Assembly (NCBI GenBank): GCA_964464755.1
Contig: CAYXGZ010000006.1
Location: 17,445-81,444, forward strand
Source: an uncultured Planctomycetales bacterium
GTDB taxonomy: Bacteria; Planctomycetota; MHYJ01; JACPRB01
Length of the DNA: 64,000 nt
Reading direction: 5' to 3'
The notes beneath the pieces were generated by a model, which was given only the letters and a program-made list of their open reading frames with translations, made no database searches and was not told where the DNA came from. The translations under genes were made by a program, and so were the position numbers. Positions 60,210 through 64,000 of the stretch are shown here, piece by piece; position 1 is the first letter of the stretch; each line of letters begins with the position of its first letter.

Positions 60210-60783
60210 GCAGGTCGCCGAGCGAGGCGAGCCGGAAGTCCCCGTCGATCCCGTAGCCCGCGAAGCGCACGCCGGCGGCGCGGGCCGCCTCGAGGTCGTA
60301 GCGGGAGTCCCCGACGACCAGCGCGTCCGCCTCCCCCACCCCCAGCCGGCGGCAGGCCTCGTGGACCATGTCCGGATGCGGCTTGGCCCGGGGCACGTCC
60401 GTCCCGCCCACGAGGGCGTCCGGCTCGAGCGCCGCGGCCTTGAGGATCTCCCGGGCCAGCACGGCCGGCGTGTTCGTGATCACGGCCCGCCCGATCCCCC
60501 GCTCCGCGAGCCCCCGGAGGACCCGGGCGGCGTCGGGATCGACGCGGACCCCCGCGGCGTGGCGGTGGAAGTTCTCGGCGTAGTAGCGCTCGACGGTGGG
60601 CAGGTCGTGGCGCGGGAAGAAGCGCTCCACGTCGGCGGCGAGGCCCTGGCCCCACGAGGCGTGGAACTGCTCGCGGGTGACGACGGGGTAGCCCAGCTCC
60701 GAGGTCGCGCGGGCCATCAGCCCGAACCAGGCCTCGTAGGTGTGGACGAGGACCCCGTCCATGTCGAAGAGGACGGCCTTCAT
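60199..60783 (-). CDS. HAD-superfamily hydrolase (phosphatase)
   Basis: ATG at 60783. Motif I FDMDGVL, ITNTP, and KPHPDM...VVGDSRYD. The rest of track ORF 60199-62442 is run-through. Confidence 0.8.
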   Translation of the reverse strand: MKAVLFDMDGVLVHTYEAWFGLMARATSELGYPVVTREQFHASWGQGLAADVERFFPRHDLPTVERYYAENFHRHAAGVRVDPDAARVLRGLAERGIGRAVITNTPAVLAREILKAAALEPDALVGGTDVPRAKPHPDMVHEACRRLGVGEADALVVGDSRYDLEAARAAGVRFAGYGIDGDFRLASLGDLLTR

Positions 60784-60786
60784 GGA

Positions 60787-60821
60787 AACGAAAAGGCCCG
60801 GGAGGGTGGTCCTCCCGGGCC
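60787..60821 (-). terminator. rho-independent terminator after the SWIB gene
   Basis: 11-bp stem GGCCCGGGAGG/CCTCCCGGGCC (60795-60805 / 60811-60821). On the minus strand it is followed by UUUUCGUUUCC, which runs straight into the HAD ATG. Confidence 0.6.
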
Positions 60822-60836
60822 CCTGGATTCCGTGAT

Positions 60837-61094
60837 CTACTTGAGGTGCTTCGCCAGGATCTTGTTCATCTCGAACATCGAGACCTGCTTCTTGCCGAAG
60901 ACCTTGCCGAGCTTGTCGTCGGAGTTGATCATCCGGCGGTTGGCCTTGTCCTGCAGGTTGTTCTTCTTGATGTAGACCCAGATCTTCTTGACCACCTCGG
61001 AACGCGGGATCGCCTTGTCGCCCACGACCTCGGCCAGGGCGGCCGACGGGGTCAGCGGCTTCATGAACGCGCTGTTCGCCTTCTTCGCAGCCAT
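60837..61094 (-). CDS. SWIB/MDM2 domain protein
   Basis: 85 aa. LAEVVGDKAIPRSEVVKKIWVYIKKNNLQDKANRRMINSDDKLGKVFG matches the SWIB signature. Confidence 0.85.
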   Translation of the reverse strand: MAAKKANSAFMKPLTPSAALAEVVGDKAIPRSEVVKKIWVYIKKNNLQDKANRRMINSDDKLGKVFGKKQVSMFEMNKILAKHLK

Positions 61095-61217
61095 TCGCTC
61101 TCTCCTTTGAAAGTTTCGAGACGAGTGCCCCGGGAACCTCCCGGCGCCACGGGTAAAAAGCTATCTGAGTGGGGCCCCGGACGCAACGTTTACGAGGGTT
61201 TCCCCAGAGGGGAAATC

Positions 61218-62636
61218 CTAGTAGGCCCCCTTCCGGAGAACCACGGCGGGCAGGGTCCGGAGCAGGATGGCCGCGTCGAGCCAGAGCGACCAGCGGTCGA
61301 TGTACTCGAGGTCGAGGCGCATCCAGTCGTCGAAGCGGACCTCGTTGCGGCCGCTGATCTGCCAGAGCCCCGTGATGCCGGGGCGCATGCTCATGCGCCG
61401 GCGGTGCCAGGGCTGGAACTTCTCCACCTCGTAGTCGGGCAGCGGCCTCGGGCCGACCAGGCTCATGTCGCCCTTGAGGACGTTCCAGAGCTGGGGGAGC
61501 TCGTCGAGCGAGCTCTTGCGGAGGAAGCGGCCGAGGCGGGTGACCCGGGGATCGTCCTTGATCTTGAAGGCGGGGCCGTCGAGCTCGTTCTTCGCCTCGA
61601 GGGCCGCCCGCTGGGCCTCGGCGCCGCTGGCCATGGTGCGGAACTTGTAGAGCACGAAGGTCCGGCCGTTCCGGCCGACGCGCTGCTGGCGGAAGATCGC
61701 TCCGCCCGGCGAGCCGAGGGCCACCGCGAGGGCCGTCACGAGGAGCACGGGCGAGAGCAGGAGGAGCAGGAGCAGCGAGCCCGCGATGTCCCCCGCCCGC
61801 TTCACGAAGAGCTGGAACTCGCGGGGCGGCAGCGCGGAGAAGGTCAGGAAGTTCCGGTCGTCCACGGCCGTCGTCTCGAGGCGGCTGGCGATCTCCTCGA
61901 AGACGGGGAGGTTCAGGTGCACGACGACGCCCATCGCGTCGCACTCCCGGACGGCCTTGAGCACCGGCCCGAGGTCCGGCTGCGTCACGACGAGGAAGAC
62001 CTCGTCGACCACCTCGCGGCGGGCGATCTCCGGGACCTCGGCCAGCGAGCCCAGGACGCGGTAGCCCTCGAGCTCGCCGGGCGGGGACGCGCCCTCGGCG
62101 ACCAGCCCCTTCACCTGGAAGACGCGGCCCGGCCAGGCGTCGAGGCGCCGCGCGATCCGGACGGCCTCGTCGAGGGCCCCGCCGACGAGGACGAAGTGGC
62201 GGTCGTAGCCCTTGGAGGTGTAGTAGGCCAGCAGCGCCCGCGTGGAGAGCCGCAGCGGCAGGACCAACGCGAAATGCATCAGCCCGACCATCGCGACCAG
62301 CGAGCGGTTCACCTCGTGGCGCTTCACGAGGGCGAGGATCGCGAAGACGGAGAAGACGGCCAGGCCGTTCGACAGGAGCAGGCGGGCGGCGTGCTGGACG
62401 GCGCCGTGCTGCCGGAAGGAGCCGTAGGCGTCGCCGGTCCACGCGAAGGCGCTCCAGAGGGCCAGGAAGACGGGGAGCAGCCAGAGGACGTCGGCCAGCG
62501 GGCCGACCTGCTGCTCGAAGTGCGGCTGCAGCGCGGCGCGCAGCGCGTGGGCGAGGAGGAAGGCGCCCGCGCCGAAGCCGAGTTCCAGCCCGTAGTAGGC
62601 CAGGACCCGCCGCCGATGGTGGATGCGACCGATCAT
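61218..62636 (-). CDS. polyprenyl-phosphate sugar phosphotransferase (WcaJ/WbaP-type priming transferase)
   Basis: N-terminal TM block, central domain, and C-terminal Bac_transf motifs FRQQRVGRNGRTFVLYKFRTM and LDELPQLWNVLKGDMSLVGPRP. Confidence 0.9.
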   Translation of the reverse strand: MIGRIHHRRRVLAYYGLELGFGAGAFLLAHALRAALQPHFEQQVGPLADVLWLLPVFLALWSAFAWTGDAYGSFRQHGAVQHAARLLLSNGLAVFSVFAILALVKRHEVNRSLVAMVGLMHFALVLPLRLSTRALLAYYTSKGYDRHFVLVGGALDEAVRIARRLDAWPGRVFQVKGLVAEGASPPGELEGYRVLGSLAEVPEIARREVVDEVFLVVTQPDLGPVLKAVRECDAMGVVVHLNLPVFEEIASRLETTAVDDRNFLTFSALPPREFQLFVKRAGDIAGSLLLLLLLSPVLLVTALAVALGSPGGAIFRQQRVGRNGRTFVLYKFRTMASGAEAQRAALEAKNELDGPAFKIKDDPRVTRLGRFLRKSSLDELPQLWNVLKGDMSLVGPRPLPDYEVEKFQPWHRRRMSMRPGITGLWQISGRNEVRFDDWMRLDLEYIDRWSLWLDAAILLRTLPAVVLRKGAY

Positions 62637-62673
62637 GTCCCGGGTGTCCCGAGATTATACCGGCAATCCGGGA

Positions 62674-63708
62674 TCAGTCGTGGCGCGAGGGACGGCGGGC
62701 GCGGCCGGCGTCCTTGAGGATGCGCTCCTCCTCGGCGAGGACGAAGTCCGACTCGACCATCATCCCCACGAGCTTCCGGAAGGAGGTGCGGGGCCGCCAG
62801 CCGAGGACGCGGCGGGCCTTGCGGGCGTCGCCCTCGAGGTGGTCCACCTCCGCGGGGCGCAGGTAGCGCTTGTCGGTCCGGACGTACTTCCGCCAGTCCA
62901 GGCCCAGGGCGCGGAACGCCTCCTCGCAGAACTCGCGCACGGTGTGCGTCTCGCCGGTCGCGATCACGTAGTCGTCGGGCCGGCGCTGCTGGAGCATGAG
63001 CCACATGGCCTCGACGTAGTCGCCCGCGAAGCCCCAGTCGCGCTTGGCGTCGAGGTTGCCGAGGTAGAGCTTCTGCTGGAGGCCCGCCTTGATGCGGGCC
63101 GCCGCGCGGGTGATCTTGCGGGTGACGAAGGTCTCGCCGCGCCGGGGCGATTCGTGGTTGAACAGGATCCCGTTGGACGCGTGGATCCCGTAGGCCTCGC
63201 GGTAGTTCACGGTCTGCCAGTACGAGAAGACCTTGGAGCAGCCGTAGGGGCTGCGCGGGTGGAACGGCGTCGCCTCGGACTGGGGCGCGGGCGCCGAGCC
63301 GAACATCTCGCTGGAGCTGGCCTGGTAGAAGCGGGCCGGGGCCCCGCTCGAGCGCAGGGCCTCGAGGAGCCGCAGGGTGCCCAGCGCGTCGGCGTCCGCC
63401 GTGTAGAGCGGGTTCTGGAAGGAGACCATGACGTGGGACTGGGCGCCGAGGTTGTAGATCTCGGCGGGCCGGAGCTTGTGCACGAGCGCGGTGAGGGCGT
63501 TGCCGTCGGTCAGGTCGCCGTAGTGCAGGAAGAGGCGCGCGGCGGGGTCGTGCGGGTCCTTGTAGAGGTGGTCGATCCGCTGCGTGGTGAACTGGCTCGT
63601 GCGGCGGACGAGGCCGTGGACCTCGTAGCCCTTCTCGATGAGGAACTCGGCCAGGTAGGAGCCGTCCTGGCCGGTCAGGCCGGTCACGAGGGCCTTCTTG
63701 CGCGCCAT
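62674..63708 (-). CDS. gmd: GDP-mannose 4,6-dehydratase
   Basis: [41 protein letters not shown] and [20 protein letters not shown] form the canonical GMD pattern. Confidence 0.95.
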   Translation of the reverse strand: MARKKALVTGLTGQDGSYLAEFLIEKGYEVHGLVRRTSQFTTQRIDHLYKDPHDPAARLFLHYGDLTDGNALTALVHKLRPAEIYNLGAQSHVMVSFQNPLYTADADALGTLRLLEALRSSGAPARFYQASSSEMFGSAPAPQSEATPFHPRSPYGCSKVFSYWQTVNYREAYGIHASNGILFNHESPRRGETFVTRKITRAAARIKAGLQQKLYLGNLDAKRDWGFAGDYVEAMWLMLQQRRPDDYVIATGETHTVREFCEEAFRALGLDWRKYVRTDKRYLRPAEVDHLEGDARKARRVLGWRPRTSFRKLVGMMVESDFVLAEEERILKDAGRARRPSRHD

Positions 63709-63744
63709 GAGGGAGCGGATTTTACCGGGATTCCGCGCCGGCGG

Positions 63745-64000
63745 CTACGCTTGGACGCGAAAAGCGGCCATCCACTCGGCGAGCATGGCGAGCGTCCAGA
63801 GCGCGCGGGAGCGGTCGACCCCGGCGTCGTGCTCGGAGAGCAGGCGGTCGATCTCCGGGGCCGCGAGCAGGCTCCGGATCGGGCCCCCGCGGAGCAGCTC
63901 GTCGCGGCGGGCCTTCAGCGGGCCGCGCAGCCAGGCGTCCATGGGAACGGCGAAGCCCTGCTTGCCCCGGGCCGCGATCTCCGGCGGGAGCAGGTCGCGG
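63745..64000 (-). CDS. asparagine synthase (glutamine-hydrolysing)-like protein, C-terminal fragment (gene starts beyond the right edge)
   Basis: The reading frame is open to the window edge. ...RDLLPPEIAARGKQGFAVPMDAWLRGPL... resembles the C-terminal K-x-GF-x-x-P...W segment of AsnB homologues common in glycan clusters. Confidence 0.5.
   Translation of the reverse strand, partial: RDLLPPEIAARGKQGFAVPMDAWLRGPLKARRDELLRGGPIRSLLAAPEIDRLLSEHDAGVDRSRALWTLAMLAEWMAAFRVQA

Noticed and set aside
56147-63708. The two gmd genes, considered as an assembly duplication.
   Set aside because: The proteins differ in length (327 vs 344 aa) and in much of their sequence outside the catalytic motifs. They lie on opposite strands in different contexts, so they are genuine diverged paralogues.

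Overview
About 59 protein-coding genes and one tRNA sit in a very GC-rich window (about 70% by eye, with G/C at almost every third codon position). Gene content points to a Planctomycetota/PVC-type genome: DUF1549/DUF1553 plus DUF1501 proteins, a DUF1570 protein, Ser/Thr kinases with TPR or FG-GAP propellers, and a SWIB protein. All calls rest on my own reading of the translations, motifs and hand-checked coordinates. No database search was run.

Gene order, left to right:
- 1-8.9 kb: secreted TPR/DUF1570 protein, zinc-ribbon PrsW-like protease, HTH pseudo-receiver, SDR, and an M16 peptidase pair.
- 8.9-21.3 kb: kbl, an orphan DUF1549/1553 protein, two large Ser/Thr kinases flanking a lone lpxA, and a DUF1549/1553 + DUF1501 pair.
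- 22.9-29.9 kb: LPS inner-core module with two GT9 heptosyltransferase-like genes, two Kdo/WaaP-type kinase genes (one a tandem kinase), GT2, GT4 and kdsB.
- 30-33.8 kb: pyrG, DUF1844, an MBL hydrolase and an aldo/keto reductase.
- 33.8-35.5 kb: a clearly lower-GC islet abutting tRNA-Arg(CCT).
- 35.7-47.3 kb: MetAP-like gene, tandem PilZ, VIT-vWA, yajC-secDF, LysM, a zinc-ribbon protein and a rhomboid.
- 47.3-64 kb: GDP-sugar-based glycan cluster with two gmd paralogues, fcl, an Rmd-like reductase, a C-methyltransferase, a DegT aminotransferase, Wzx, several glycosyltransferases and a priming sugar transferase.

Most noteworthy observations:
1. The tRNA-adjacent low-GC islet has no integrase. 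It encodes a RelA/SpoT-type nucleotidyltransferase fused to an unplaced C-terminal domain, plus a convergent small helical protein. This is a candidate toxSAS-like defence or toxin module.
2. A methionine-aminopeptidase-fold protein has lost three of its five metal ligands. It lies directly downstream of a tandem PilZ gene.
3. Both Ser/Thr kinases carry MshEN-like tandem motifs at their N termini.
4. A gmd-like gene overlaps a sugar C-methyltransferase gene, suggesting a branched-chain deoxyhexose.

The many very long Arg/Pro/Gly-rich ORFs in the track are shadow ORFs of the high GC content and were rejected.
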